This document shows positions 12,773 to 26,228 of a DNA stretch of 64,000 nt, piece by piece. The stretch comes from Cirrosporium novae-zelandiae (lineage: Eukaryota), in contig JAPETS010000001.1 of assembly GCA_026023565.1 (NCBI GenBank), positions 1 to 64,000 of the forward strand, given 5' to 3'. The notes under the pieces were generated by a model. That model ran no database searches, was not told the DNA's origin, and saw only the letters and a program-made list of their open reading frames with translations. Position 1 is the stretch's first letter. Each line of letters begins with the position of its first letter. The position numbers and the translations under genes are program-made.

Positions 12773-15376
12773 TTCAACTCTTTCTCCAAAAAAAAAAAAG
12801 GGTGGATGACGAGGCCATCTAAAAATTACTAAATATTACTCTCATCCTAATTAATTTACCTTGACCCTGAAACATTTTCAATGTACCACCTCTTCGGTCG
12901 GACAAGAAAAAAAAAAGTAAGAAAAGGCGGCATTAAAGGTGGCTTCATGTGCCTATCCGTTTAATTACATGATGCAGTCTAAGCCAAAAACGAGGGAATT
13001 CGTGTGGCCGAAGAAGTCCGACTCAAACGCCTCAAAGATACAAGAACCGAATAACTGGTACGTGATGAACTTCCACCATTGGTCATCTTCGGCTTTCTCT
13101 CCGTCATCATGCTTTCAAGGTTCTGCCATGTTATCTTCCCGAGTCCCCCCGTAAGCCAGTTCTGCACTGCTGCAACTTGAAGAGGGCGCCAGGTACTAAA
13201 AAAGTACAAAATACTTGGCTTGTTTGTACCGAAGTATCCTGCATTACTATTGGTCCAATTCACGTGTTCAGCCCCCAACCCCTAATAAGTACCTAGATGG
13301 TCATCAGCTATCAGATTCGGGGGCCATTTGAAGCTGCATGTTGAATAGGTCATTTTGTTTTATCTTCTACGAAACCCCTGGATCAAAAACCCAACAGTCA
13401 AAATTGAGGAACCAATCATTTCTGTGGAATCAACATCTGGTGGAACATTCCCTTCCTATTTTGAGGAGGCTAATTTTTGCCTTGACACTGACTTGCATCA
13501 ACAACCCCTTCCAGGAGATATATTTCCTAATGCGTTTTCATCTTCATTTTAGGGTTCCAGCTGAAGTCTCAGTCCTTTACCCCTAGATCATCTTTAAAGT
13601 TGGTGTATGATCGACACCACATCCGACCAGATCTTGGTTCCACAGATTATCGCTCCCGTCATGAGTATCATGCTGGCCGCCGAGGAGCAGGTGCTACAGT
13701 CGACTTGAACCCTAATGCGCTAAACCGATCAACATGTTGAGGCCTTGAGAAATTTCTGAATGGGCTACTGAACCTTTGAAGCCATCGGGTAGGCCTTTAC
13801 ATCATCGGTTAATCAAGTGATGGCCGTGAGTATCCTTGGCTGAGCGACTAAGCAAATGTTATCCCATTTATATCTTGATGGATTGAGACCAAGTCTCGAA
13901 AGTGCTCAGGTTACATTTAATTTTGGTGGATAGATGGAGTACATATAACCGCCGTTGATTATAGAGTACGTGCCTCCGGAATCGGGATGTTACATTGCAG
14001 CCTATGAGTACATTCCAAGTTCAGGTCACACGCAGCTATGCTCCAATAACACCACAAATCCACCGATTGAAAAGATTGTTTCCTAGGTACCAACATCTTG
14101 GCTTCGGACTATGAACAATTACCGGTCCGTCGATGATCCAAGAATTAATTGATGCAGGAACATGTCTGTCAACCTGTCTTTAATTGACGCCTCTGCCGCT
14201 GGAAATTTTGAATACCAATGGTCTTTCGAAGATGATGTTTTGCAACAAGGTGGCTTGGCCTGTCAACATGTCAATCAAGTGCATGCATACGTTTGTGGCC
14301 AAAACATCTCGCGTCCTAGGCATTGTCCAAGTCATCCGTGAAGATCACCTGCTCTGTGCACAATGGACTGTTCACATGCACTTTTCCCTATGACTTTGGG
14401 GTTTGTTCCATTTACATGTTGGAAATAATTTCTAGAAATTCCTTGGATTTCTACAAGATCTTTGGTTCATCTAGACTGTACGACAGGTTCCATACTAATA
14501 TCATACACCTTTTATTGCATCGTACCTATGACGTTTCTTTATTTCCTTGTGTTGAACCTAAAGCTTCGGAATAATGAATGTATGGCCATTTCTCCGGCTA
14601 CTCTTTCTTCAGATTGATTTCAATGATACTAAACTTTTATAATAAATTCAGCGACAGATGGCATCACCTTATCTAAAAAGCTTAATTCGTACCAGAAAAT
14701 ATGCAACCCCGTTGTAGCTGCATTCAGCATCAAGACATGCTGAGACAAATACTACCTTCGAAGGGGTTTACATTGGAAAGAATATGCCTTACAGATGGCG
14801 TTAACTCGTGTCTTGCCTGCAGACCGATGGAATGTCTAACATCCCAAACCAAGAACCTATCACTTAGGGTTCTCGCAGGGCAAACCTGTAGCCCCGACGC
14901 CCCAGCTGATTGACCATGCATTAAAATTCTAAAAAACGACATACCCATCTGTTAGATGTTAGTGGTTATAAATGTCCGAAAGATTATAGAACCAAAAACT
15001 AAAAGCAACTCACACACCGAAAACTCTCTTCTCTGGTGCATACATGGGTATCCGTCCTCTTTTCCGCTTGTTTCCTCATTTCCAGAGTCCATCAAGATTC
15101 AAGGGAAGAAAAGTATCATTAACCATTCTTCAGATAGACATGTATATGTAGTCTAATTGTATCGAGTGCCATTTTGATGTTTCCCTTTATACTTTCATCT
15201 TACCTTTGCTTTGATCCTCACCGTTCTAGTTGATGAATCAAGAGTACCCAAGTACTCTGGCTCAACAACTGCTTAATCCACGTTCAGATTGTACTCAGCA
15301 TCCCTTGACGATGGTAAAGATCATGGTCTTTGGTTTGAACTCTCTTTAGTTTCCATGCTCTGTCTTACAAGGTATT

Positions 15377-15475
15377 CACCAGCGAAAGGAATAGACCAGA
15401 CCAAGCCTCCTGTTTCATAGACCGACCAGACCAAAGCCCTCGGTCTGGTTGCCTCATCTATTCCTTTCACTGGTG
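15377..15475. repeat. Nested inverted repeat; possible MITE relic
   Basis: caccagcgaaaggaataga (15377-15395) pairs with tctattcctttcactggtg (15457-15475) with 1 mismatch. There is an inner accagacc/ggtctggt stem. Confidence 0.7.
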
Positions 15476-18400
15476 GTCTGATCAGTCTCGTCTATTTTTT
15501 TAGCTGCCATTCATAATATTCATAAACCTTACTCGCTGAATTAACCAGAGCTTATTCACGATAGTTACTAGATTTGACATACCCACCACATCTCTTTGGC
15601 TTCACAATTCCCCACTAACTTACTATGCCAACTCAACTTTACTAACCACATTCACCTACTTATTCTTTCTCTCACTTCGCAGGGCCCCAACTCTACTAGT
15701 CTAAGACTCGGATTCGGACAGCGAGATAGAGCCACCTAAGCGATTACACCCTCTCCTCCCCCGCAGTTACGCCATCACCATCGACGAGCCGCCTTTTTAC
15801 GACACCCACTCTCACATATACACACCTATATATCATTCATTTATTTATGTACTCGCCTATACTTATTCCCGATATACACGACGCTTATATACTCGCTCAC
15901 ATCTGTATCCTTGAATATTTATTGCAATCATCACACCTTTCTCTTCCGCAGTCTTCTACTACGAGCCATGCTCACTCACTTATTCACTCATATATGTATA
16001 TATCCGCAATACCTCTTCTTTTCTATAATCTTTCACTAGCTAACCATCCCAACTTAACCCAACTAACTCGATCAAAGCACACGACACACCGATATATATA
16101 CTTACTGACTTATTGTATTTATATACTCTATATACTTGTACATTTGTAATATTCACTTTTCTCTTCTACTATTACTCGTGGGAATTTAAATCAGTTTAAT
16201 TTAATTGACTCAATTAAAATATATATATCTATTCATACACGGTCACGTATTTACTCATATGTTCACTTATTCATGTACTCTTTTATTCTTTCACTCTCTC
16301 ACCTTTGATACTCATATACTTACTGCACTTAGATATTTATATGTTCACCATATTTCTTGATTCACCTCTTTTTCTAGGAGTCTCTATTATTCGCTATGCT
16401 TACTCGGTTCAACTCAACTCAACACACCTATACGCTCACCATACTGATATACATCCCCCCCTCTCTCAAGCAAAGCATATAAAAAGAGGGGGGAGAAGAA
16501 TTCCCAGTCCTTATATCTCACATCTCATCCCCTCCAACACCCGCTCCAGCACGCCCATCTATTAATTCCCACTTCCACCCTCATTTCCATTCTTCAATGA
16601 ACCCACTACTAAATCTATCAATCTAACCTTTACCTTTACCGTCACTTCCATTTTCATTTATCCAACTCTCCCAACCCAACCCAAAAAGCCATGGCCTATA
16701 GATATATAAATCATCCACAAAACCTATAGGCTATACACAAACACCTACCCAACATGGCACCCATCCACGTATCCATCCATGCATACCATATCCATTCACG
16801 AACCCCTAAACAAACAAATAAACAACCCCCAACTCCTCCTTCCAAATAACCAAAGCCACCCAAAGCCACATAAAAAAACACGGAAATATAATAAAATAAT
16901 AAAGAGTAAACTGTAAATAGGTTTAAAAGTGTTTGGTAAAGTAAGAAAATGAAAAAAATAACGTAAACGTAAAGGAACAGATGTTATTTTTTTTTAATTA
17001 ATTATTATAAATTCTAGGAGTGATTAGATTTTTTTTTTCTAAGAAGGAAGAGAAAGGGAAGGGAAAGAAAGAAGAACAAGGGATTGTAGGATTAAAATAA
17101 AGAGATTTAATTCGATCGGGTTGGATTCAAGTTGGGGGAGGAGGGGGGGAAGAAGAAGAGATTAAAAAAAATATTGTTTGGTTTTATGTTTTATATTTAT
17201 ATTTTTATATTTTTATATGTGTGAGGAGGAGGAGGAGGGGGGGGGGGGGTTCTTAACTCTTCGTATCTGTATGCCGAGTATATTCGATGTTAAAAGCTTC
17301 GTCGTGACTATTATATCCGTTGTATTGTTTACCGGAGACCACTTTTTTCTCTTTTCTCTTTCTTTAGTCAACCATCAAATATGAAGTTATTAAATATTCC
17401 AAGTATCTTTAGGTAAAACCCATCACTTTTACGCTTTACAGCATCATCATCATCATCATCATCGTCATTCAGTCTCCCCAAATCCACTATCAATCACTAC
17501 CATATAACAACAAAAACAAAAAACAAAAACAAACAAAAGAATATCAAATCCCCCAAATAAATACCCTATAGATCCCTGAAATTTTTACTTCACCTTTCTC
17601 CCTTTCTCTCTCGATTCTGGGAGGGCTTAGGCTAGGCTAGGGCTACGGTATATAGCATAATATAGTACAATAATATAAGTAAAAAAAATAAATAAAAGAT
17701 GAAACGAATAAAAAAGTGGGGAGAGAGGGGGAGGGGAAAGGGAAAGGAAAAGGGAAAGGGAAAGGGGAGTACGGATTGTTCTTCTTATTTCTTACTTCTA
17801 CTGTTGTTGTTGCTTTACTTTTTACCCGCAAGTTTTTATCAAGATAGTCTATTTATTTCCTGGAAGAAAAAGAAAAAAAAATGGGGTTATTGTGGTGGGA
17901 GGGGAGGGGGGGTGTCTAGAAATAAAAGGGGGGGGGGGGAAAGGAGAAGGGGAATTTTTACCAAGTGAAAGGAAAGAAAGAAAGAGGGGAAGAAAAGGAA
18001 AAGGAGAAGAAGGGAAGAATGTATGTATTGGAATTTGTATTATTCTTTAAGTAAAAGGAAGTTTGGTTTTCTAACCCTATAAGAATCTAAAATCTACTTG
18101 GACTACTACTTACTTGTATATATAAAAATGAAAATGAAAGTGAAGAAAGAGTATCGAGTATCCCACTTCTACTTTATCGAGGACCTTGACCTTGGTAGTG
18201 AGTGAATAAGTGCGTATAGTATAGTATAATATAATATATAAAAACCCAACATCATCATTATTTTCTCTTCCTCCTCTAAATAAAGTTTATAACAAGTTCT
18301 ACGTTTTTTTTTTTATATATTGAGTATTGGGTTATTTACTTGTCGTAAGTGATTATAAACTATTTATTAAGATAATTGGAATTGATAAATTATTAATTAA

Positions 18401-21400
18401 TCGATTGACTTTCTTCCTTTTTTTTTTTCCTCCCCGTCCCTGTTCACAGCGTAAACTAGGTTGTAAATATCCCAACCCTAAATATCCGTTCGAATAAACA
18501 AGTAGCGGATGGATGGATGGATATCCTATTGATCTCCCATCCCTTTTGGACTTTTTGATTTACAGTAGTTACCTAGGTACCTACCTACCTACTTACAAAA
18601 AAAAAAACAAAAGCCGTTAACTTTGCTTTTTTAACAACCCCCCCTCCCCTATTCCCCCTATAATTACAATTACTCAAAACTCCTCTTCCCCTAAAATCTT
18701 TCTTTCTTTTAAAAAAACCTCCCATAAACCACAAACCCTTAGATATATCCTTTCCAAAGTACCGTAACATAGACTATACCTAAAATGGGTGATAAATCCC
18801 ATTTAGCCTAACCAAATTCCAATTCCAATTCTAATTCCTTTCTCTGAAATTCTAATCCCCCCTCCATCTGTCATCATCATCACCATCATCATCATCATCC
18901 TCTCAACCCTCCATTCTCAAATTTCCAAATTCTTAGACTGTAGCCCTAGGTAGGTTACTGGGTATATATAACACCCTACCCTATCCTTTCCCAAACTATT
19001 GTACTGTAACCTCGCTTTAACTAACTACCTACCTATCTATCTAACTAACCAACGGATAACGTAACCAAAAAAGGTCCTTTTGATTTACATGCAGTCGGGC
19101 CTTAGGGCTTCGATTCGTCTTCTTCTTCTTCTTTCTTCCTGGCCGCTGTCATCGTCATCGTTGCTTTTTCTTCATCTTTGCTGGCTCACTTCACCCTCCC
19201 TCCTCCCTCCCTTTTAAAATCCGCCTACCACCTGTCCACCTACTGAATTCCTACACTCCTATACTTCTATGATTCATGAGGAGATGTGGAGGTAGAAAGG
19301 TAAAGAAAATTGGAGGGGTAAAGAGGCAGAATATAAAACGATAGGACAATAGGACTATAATAGAATGATGAAAATTCAACCCATATTTCACTGTTATGAC
19401 ATTGTAACTACCAACCTCTACTAACATTTATTCTATTTATATACACCTACCTACCCTCATCTCATCTCATCCCATTCCACTCAATCTCTATTTTATTCAT
19501 CTCTATTCCCCATACTTCCGTACTCCTCATCCATCCCTCATCCATCCTACATCATGATTATACTTGTATATTTATTCTTATATCTTATACCCTTACCCGC
19601 TCCCTTATTACTTTGAACTTCCCGCACCCTATACTCTGGCACCCGGTAGTCTACTCAGCACCCTTGGCCTATCCTGTCCTATCCTGTCCCTCTAGTCCTC
19701 TTCCACTGAAGTGAATCAAACCAGATCAAATCAAATCAAGCCGAGTAAAAAAAAAAAAAAACGAATGGGGAAAATGGTAGGGAAATAGAGAGTAAAATAT
19801 ATAATTAATAACCTTGGCTTGGGTCTTTTTGTTCGTTGTTCATGAGTTTTTTTTTTTTTTTAGCCAGTCAGGGGGTCCATTCTATAAACCCTTAATTCTC
19901 CCCTTCATCCCTCATCCCTATTATCCTAGTCCCCAGTCTTTAGCCCTTAATTCATGGATACGAATATAATATATCAAGACATTGTACCGTTTATCTAACC
20001 TAACTTAACCTAGCCTATAGCCCATTAACCCATTAACCCATTTATCTAATACCAATTCCATTAAAAGTTTATCAAGATAAGATATCAAGTGTTCGGGTTT
20101 CTTTTTTTTTTTTTTGGAATAGAATAAAACATAGACATAATTAGACGTCAGATATAGTGACTATACGGTTTTATGCTACTGGCTGGAAAATATATGGTTT
20201 TTATTTTATTTTAACCCAAGGTGGAAGAGGGGGGGGGGGGGTTTGAGAGTAGAAGTGGTTGTGAGAGTGGGGGGGAATTTCCATCCTAAGGATTAGTAGT
20301 AATTAATTAGACTAGTGAGTGATATTATTAACGATGTTGAAAGTACAAAGTACAGGACCTAGGCAGATTAATTGGGATTTGTGATGGTGATAGTGAAAGA
20401 GAAAGGAAGAAAAGGTAGGTAGGTAGTTTTTCGTTTCTTTTCTTTTTGGTTTTTGGTTTTAATTTATTTAGGGGAGGCGAAGGTAAAAGATAATTATTAG
20501 TGTTTAGTATAGACTACTATATAACAACTCCTCAACTCTAACAATTCTAACAACTTATAAAAATCCCCAGTTCTAGTTTAGGGTTATCAGTATCGTTATC
20601 GCTATAATTAACCATAAATTTAAAAAAAAAAACATGATTAATAATAGACTAATAGATAAAATAACCAGGAAAGATAAAACTAAAATAAGCTTGGGTCACT
20701 ATTATAGTATATTACATAGCTAGGTTATATATTTATCTAATATTTTTTTGATTTATTTATTTATTTACTTAGGTAGTTAGGTAAGAAGAGTGTGTGTTGG
20801 TTTTGGCTTGTCTTTTAACACTTGGGGTTTGGATTTGGATTTGGATTTTTGGAGGGCTATGGTGATGGGAATGGTGGTGATGATGGTGATGGTGATGGTG
20901 AAAGGGTGAGAAGTAATAAATAAATCAAGGGGAGATTGAGATTGAGATTGAGGAGCTGGCCGGGGTGATATTTATTTGGTTTTGGTTTTGGGATTGGAGA
21001 ACGTAAGGAGGTGGTGGTTGAAGGGGTGGATAGGTGGTATAAGTGAGTGGTATGAAAAGAAGAGTATAGGTAGACAGGGGGTTTGTATATATGTATAGAT
21101 GTATGTAGGGCTTGGTTGTTACTGGTATAATAAACTACCTAGGTAGTTGCTTAATAACGCTCTTGGTTTTTGTTTTTAAACCCGGGTCTGGTCGAATAAT
21201 TAAACATCTCCCTAGGTATACAGCATGATATCGCTCTTATGTATTTATCGATATTGATATTGAATCGTAAAACCGACACCGACACCAACACCGATTCTTT
21301 TGCAACCAAAACCAAATGCAAATGCAAATGCAAGCTTATTTTCAGCGCTCATAGCAAGTATGCACGCAGTCCATGCCATGTAATAGGTATCTCCGCATGC

Positions 21401-21915
21401 CAAAAGAAAAGAAAAAACCATGATACTAGCTGGTTGATGTACTTGCAATGATGAATTAGAATTAACATCTTAATGCCCTTGACGCCGATCCTGCCCTGCC
21501 TCCAGGCCACCAAATTCCATAAATGCTAGATTTGCACCAGTTCGAAAGCCATGTTCCCATAAAAAATGTTGGATAAACGCTAAGAAAAGGATGGAAAGGT
21601 CGTGATCGTGGTCGTTGAAGAGGGAAGCACAGTTTTAACCCCTCATGTCATCTCCTATTCTTTGCTAGGTGTAGCCATTTGGTCCAACACAATTTCCCAA
21701 TTCCGACGCCTAGGTCAAGAAGAGCATCGAGAGTCAACTTCCGGGGTATTTGTTGGCTCCCCTAGCAACAACCTAAGCGGAATTTAGACTGCAAAGTCAA
21801 TTGGTAAAGCCTCAGGAGGTTCCCGCAGAAAACAACCAAAGCACTACTTCAAATTAGAAGTAGAGAAGATAGTGACAAATTTGTCTTCAATTATCCCATC
21901 CTATTGTTGATTCCA

Positions 21916-22608
21916 TCAATCCCCACTAGGCAAAGAACCTCGTCTCTCTTTGGGAGTTCCCTCGTCCATATTTCTTAAATCACTATCACTCATCTCGTTT
22001 CCATCTTTCTGTGATGTGACAAGATCCATCCTATCACTTTTACTCATGCACTCCTTGCAAGCTACCCAACCCTCTGTACCTGTTTCGACACAGCAACTGG
22101 AACATATTTTTCGTTGAGGATTTCCTCCTTCTGTATATTGACATTCATCGCATAGCCGTAGGCAAAGATAACAAGTTCTAAAACCGCATAGTTCGCAATT
22201 ACCATAGGCCTCAAGTTGGGAAGCAGTTGTGGCTTTACGCTGACAAATATGACATGGAGTTAGGAGTAGACGAGTCGATGGAGGTTGTTTCTCGCAAAGA
22301 ACTTTGGAAGTAGTCGGCGGGGATTTTGTAAAAAGTCGAGTTCGTTTGGTTGAAGGAGCTATTGGGAGTAATCTAGGAATGCGAGCACTGAAATGATGAT
22401 TTGATCAGTAAGAGGACTGAACGGGATGGCTAGAAGCTTCATTGAATAAAGACCAAAGCAGTTTTGTTCCAATAAATTGATAGACTTACTGAGTTTGTAC
22501 AGGCTCATCCATAACGTCGTTTCTTTTTCGCTTTTTCAATATTGTGGAGCCATCATGACTATAACCTCGTGATCCATGGTAAATGGCGAGATCCTCAAAG
22601 GCGGGCAT
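21916..22608 (-). CDS. Cys-rich putative zinc-binding nuclear protein (~197 aa); exons 22608-22490 and 22387-21916
   Basis: Exon 1 (MPAFEDL...LKKRKR...) ends at GTAAGT. Exon 2 is in frame after CTGAT...CAG and encodes CHIC..CELC..CYLC..CDEC..CSSCC..CKEC. Confidence 0.85.
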
Positions 22609-22949
22609 TTGAAGTCTTGGGCGAGTTGGAAGGAAACGATGGTTAGGGGTTGAGTGGGAAATACAAAAGAATTGCACCGCAGGTCCTGAGCGAAGGTAGT
22701 TGATCCACTATTAGAAAATCGATAACGAAGGTTGAAGCAGCAAGATTACTGTAACTTACCCCCCATGTTTTCATCCGGCTTGTGAAGGTTTATGTATTTA
22801 TTTACTTTATGCTTTATTCACATTACAACGCATAAGCGAGGCATTAAAACTAGGCAGAACTCAGGCAGAAGTGGCCCTGGATTTCCGTTGCTAAGGGAAT
22901 TCTCCGATAAATACCAAGGTAATAAACTGGAAATCTTTAATTCACTGAA

Positions 22950-24067
22950 TTATCGTCGCATCAAATATTGAAAATGTTGAAACCCCAGCTCATCAGACCC
23001 TAAACAGAGGTTTTGCCAAGGTATCTCATTTAAACCTTTTGGCATTGGTAGTAAATGAACCGTCCAAGTTGCCAGAGTCACCTCGAAAATCCAAGCCAGG
23101 ACTGCTTTGATCCAATGTCTTCGCTTTCCCCAAACCAGAGCTTCTCCAATCGTTCCAACCCCATTTAAAACGAAAAATAGCCCCACCCGTATCAGCGCAT
23201 CCGTTGAACAGAGTGGCGCCAAAATGTATACATGAAAAATTGCCATCAAAGTGAATGCGCCGAGAACTCCCATGCATCGCGCAATCGCAACCGGGATCCC
23301 CCATCGAGGGAGCCCGTAACGGATTGGCTTGTAGCATAGGGATTGGCAGGTAGACGCAAACACGTTATGCCAGCTCTCGCTCCAAAATCCTGACAGCGAA
23401 TCTGCCATGTACAGTGGCCCAAAGAGGGCCGGACTGCTTTTGTAACGAACACATAGCTGTATGCTGGTCCATAGGACATAAATTGCCAACAGTACCTCAA
23501 ACGCCATAACAATATCATAATTTTGGGGTAAGGCTTGAAGGACCAAGAAAGCCCCGGCATGGATAGCTAGTTGTATCGGCTCGGAAAAGCGTTCATCTTC
23601 ATGTGTAACTCGAATACAGTTGGGTTCGAATGATTCATAGCGTAGCTCTGTGGACTCTATAAAAGCAAGCTTCCAAGGCAAAGGAGTTGGCTGATAGCGA
23701 TATTTATGGGGATTATTACGGCGAACAAAGAGATCCAGCATCTTCATTGCAGCCACTGCGACTGGGCCGAGAATCAGCTCTATTCATTTTGGCCAGGGAA
23801 AATCTTACCAGCAGTACGATGCAAACTCTCCATTACACCGCATGCGATCGGGGTGGGCGCAAGACATGGAGATAGTAGAAACGAAGCGATAGTAAGCCAA
23901 GTCAGGAAATTGAAACTGTTACGAGCTTTGACAACGTGCGCATAATGAGTAAAATACATCAAAGTAAGTGGGATGATGAAACTAGTAATAAAAGGATAGA
24001 AATCTTCGATTATTTGATTCACGACCGACAAAGATTGGCAAGCCATGGTTAGAGAAGCAATGTCCAT
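22950..24067 (-). CDS. Membrane-bound O-acyltransferase (MBOAT_2 / wax-synthase / TRI7-like); intron 23808-23762
   Basis: Multiple hydrophobic segments; LFGPLYMADSLSGFWSESWHNVF and FTLMAIFH fit MBOAT_2-type motifs. A 47-bp intron joins the two ORFs in frame. Confidence 0.8.
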
Positions 24068-24808
24068 TGTCAACTTTGAGTTTCACAGAATGGCGATAAC
24101 ATGAAGTGGGAATGGTCCCTTTGTTCTCTTTTGTACCGTGTATAGTACCTTTCCATCCGCCATATGCCGAGAGGATTCCACCAGGCATATCTTCATAACT
24201 TGGAGATAATAATTACAAAGCCGGATGAGGAACTATTGCGACCCGAGAGTTCCTCGAGGGCACCATTGCGGATTTCATGGCACTGTTGTTAGGCAGAGGT
24301 TCATGCCTTGGACGACTTGGTTCCAACAGATCAAATAAAGATGCTCTAATTAAAATCCCTGATTGTTGGGGCCACTTGTTACCAAATGGTTTAGCAACGA
24401 CGTCAATTTCATCATCACGAGGTAGTTAGTTGGGCTGCTTTAAAGGCCAAGCGCTGACTCTCCCGCTATTTATAAGAACTGAAAATGAAACCTTTCCTAT
24501 TTAATATAACAGTGTGGTGGAATGATGGATAGGATGGTGTTCTCTTGCAGTTGGTTGGTTGAGGATTGGATGGTATGAGAAATCTCAAATGTTTGGTAGT
24601 GGGGCTTCATTGGATGCATATCAATGTCGGATAAGAAGGTTCCTATAAAGCTTAAATTTGCCTTAACGTTCGTCAAGCAATCCCTACTGCAGCTAAATGT
24701 AAAAAGACACTTTGCAGTTTGATATATAGTTAGATATATATAATATATTCATCATTCTATCCCACTAATGTTCCTAACTACAAGCCCTTGTGGTGATTCA
24801 ACCATCTT

Positions 24809-25438
24809 CTAGCAATGGTAGGTTAAAAAGAACCCTGCTAATGGAGATCCATTGATGCTACTTTGAGTAAAACCAACACTGCTTGCTGCCGTATCACTTG
24901 CAATCTCGAACAAAAAGCTCATTGTTGGTCCACATACTTCACTGTTGATTATAACTGCGTTGGGTTTGATCTGTCCGCTCCCCGGGTTGCTGTTTAAAGT
25001 GACGGTCCCCCAAAGTGACACTGTCTTTCGTTTGACGGCATGATTCCTATTTACGCCAGATGGAAAGTATGTCAGAGAATTATTATGGCCCTTTGCAATG
25101 TCATTAGGCAGAGCGTAAACATTGAGCCGAGCATCTCCGAAACTAGTAATCGGCCAATTTTTGGGAAATGTTACCCCTAGAGAACAACCATAATAAGATG
25201 ATCCAGGCCTCGAGAAGCGAACGAGGCTATCAACATTGGAGACACCGTCGGCTGTCTGGCTCACTTTAAATACGTTGGTTTCTGGAAACACATTTTTTGG
25301 CTTGGTGCTGTCGATGGGGCGAAATGCTGCTGGGTACATGGTGGTTCCGCACCGTGGTGCAGGCATTACTGGATTTGGAGCAGCCAAGGTGAGACTGAAG
25401 AGGGATATTGCAACAAGAATCCTTGGCTTGGGAAGCAT
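24809..25438 (-). CDS. Secreted protein with But2-C-terminal-like beta-sandwich domain
   Basis: Signal peptide MLPKPRILVAISLFSLTLA-AP. Pattern YP...F..P..YGCSL..FP...INS..C...F..TY.C with a terminal Cys. The second ATG (25438) is the likely start. Confidence 0.7.
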   Translation of the reverse strand: MLPKPRILVAISLFSLTLAAPNPVMPAPRCGTTMYPAAFRPIDSTKPKNVFPETNVFKVSQTADGVSNVDSLVRFSRPGSSYYGCSLGVTFPKNWPITSFGDARLNVYALPNDIAKGHNNSLTYFPSGVNRNHAVKRKTVSLWGTVTLNSNPGSGQIKPNAVIINSEVCGPTMSFLFEIASDTAASSVGFTQSSINGSPLAGFFLTYHC

Positions 25439-26228
25439 GTTGGTTGAAAATGACGGCTGATATCCTTCGTTCAAGTCGAGGGTTAAAGCCCTGATAGATA
25501 TTTGCGGGATAACTTTCATATGATAATAGATTGGTTGAACTTGTTGTCGTTATGATTGAGATGAAAGTGAAAAGATAAGAGATTATAAAAGTAGAGACCT
25601 ATTTTATCTATATAGGAGGGGAGCACCGGAATGATCTACGAGGGTCGTCCGTTATCGGGAGTGTTAAAGGTATTGACAGAAGAGGTGTCAGCAACAAGAG
25701 GGTGTAGACCACGAAGTCTCAGGAGGAGTAAATGGGGGGATCAGATCAGGAGAACAAAAAAAGGGGGCAGAGGAGAAGGCCAGGGACAAAAATGATAGAC
25801 CGACTAGGCACTTACGCGGTGGGTAATATTCTTCCCTTATAAAAAGCAACTAGAGCCCAAGACAAGGCCAAGAAAGTAGAGGCGTAGTATCAAGTCTTGG
25901 ATATTAGCCACAAATGATAAAGATAATCTAAGAAGTCGGAATAACTAGTCAAGAATTCGGTGGTTTTTTAATTTAGGGAACAAGAAAGAAAAGGGGTCAT
26001 AGGATTGACATGAAGAGCAGGATACGAGGTTTCTTTTATCATCTTACCAAATTGCATTAAATTCAACAGCAAGCTTGTTCGTTCGCGTTCGGGGATAAAA
26101 TTAAATATGGCAACCTGAATTACGATATACCGAGTTAATATGCAGGTATTAATATGTAAGTTCATATATCCATGGGCTGCTTAAGTATTTCACTTACTGG
26201 TCAACCTAAACTTCATGTTCAATCATCC

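Noticed and set aside
12939..15156. Scattered 60-100 aa ORFs of average composition
   Set aside because: Some fragments look protein-like (e.g. DDQWWKFITYQLFGSCIFEAF on the minus strand), but I could not build a gene or recognise a family.
15847..21451. Short ORFs in the AT-rich low-complexity region
   Set aside because: Translations mirror simple repeats and homopolymers; no coherent exon chain or motif.
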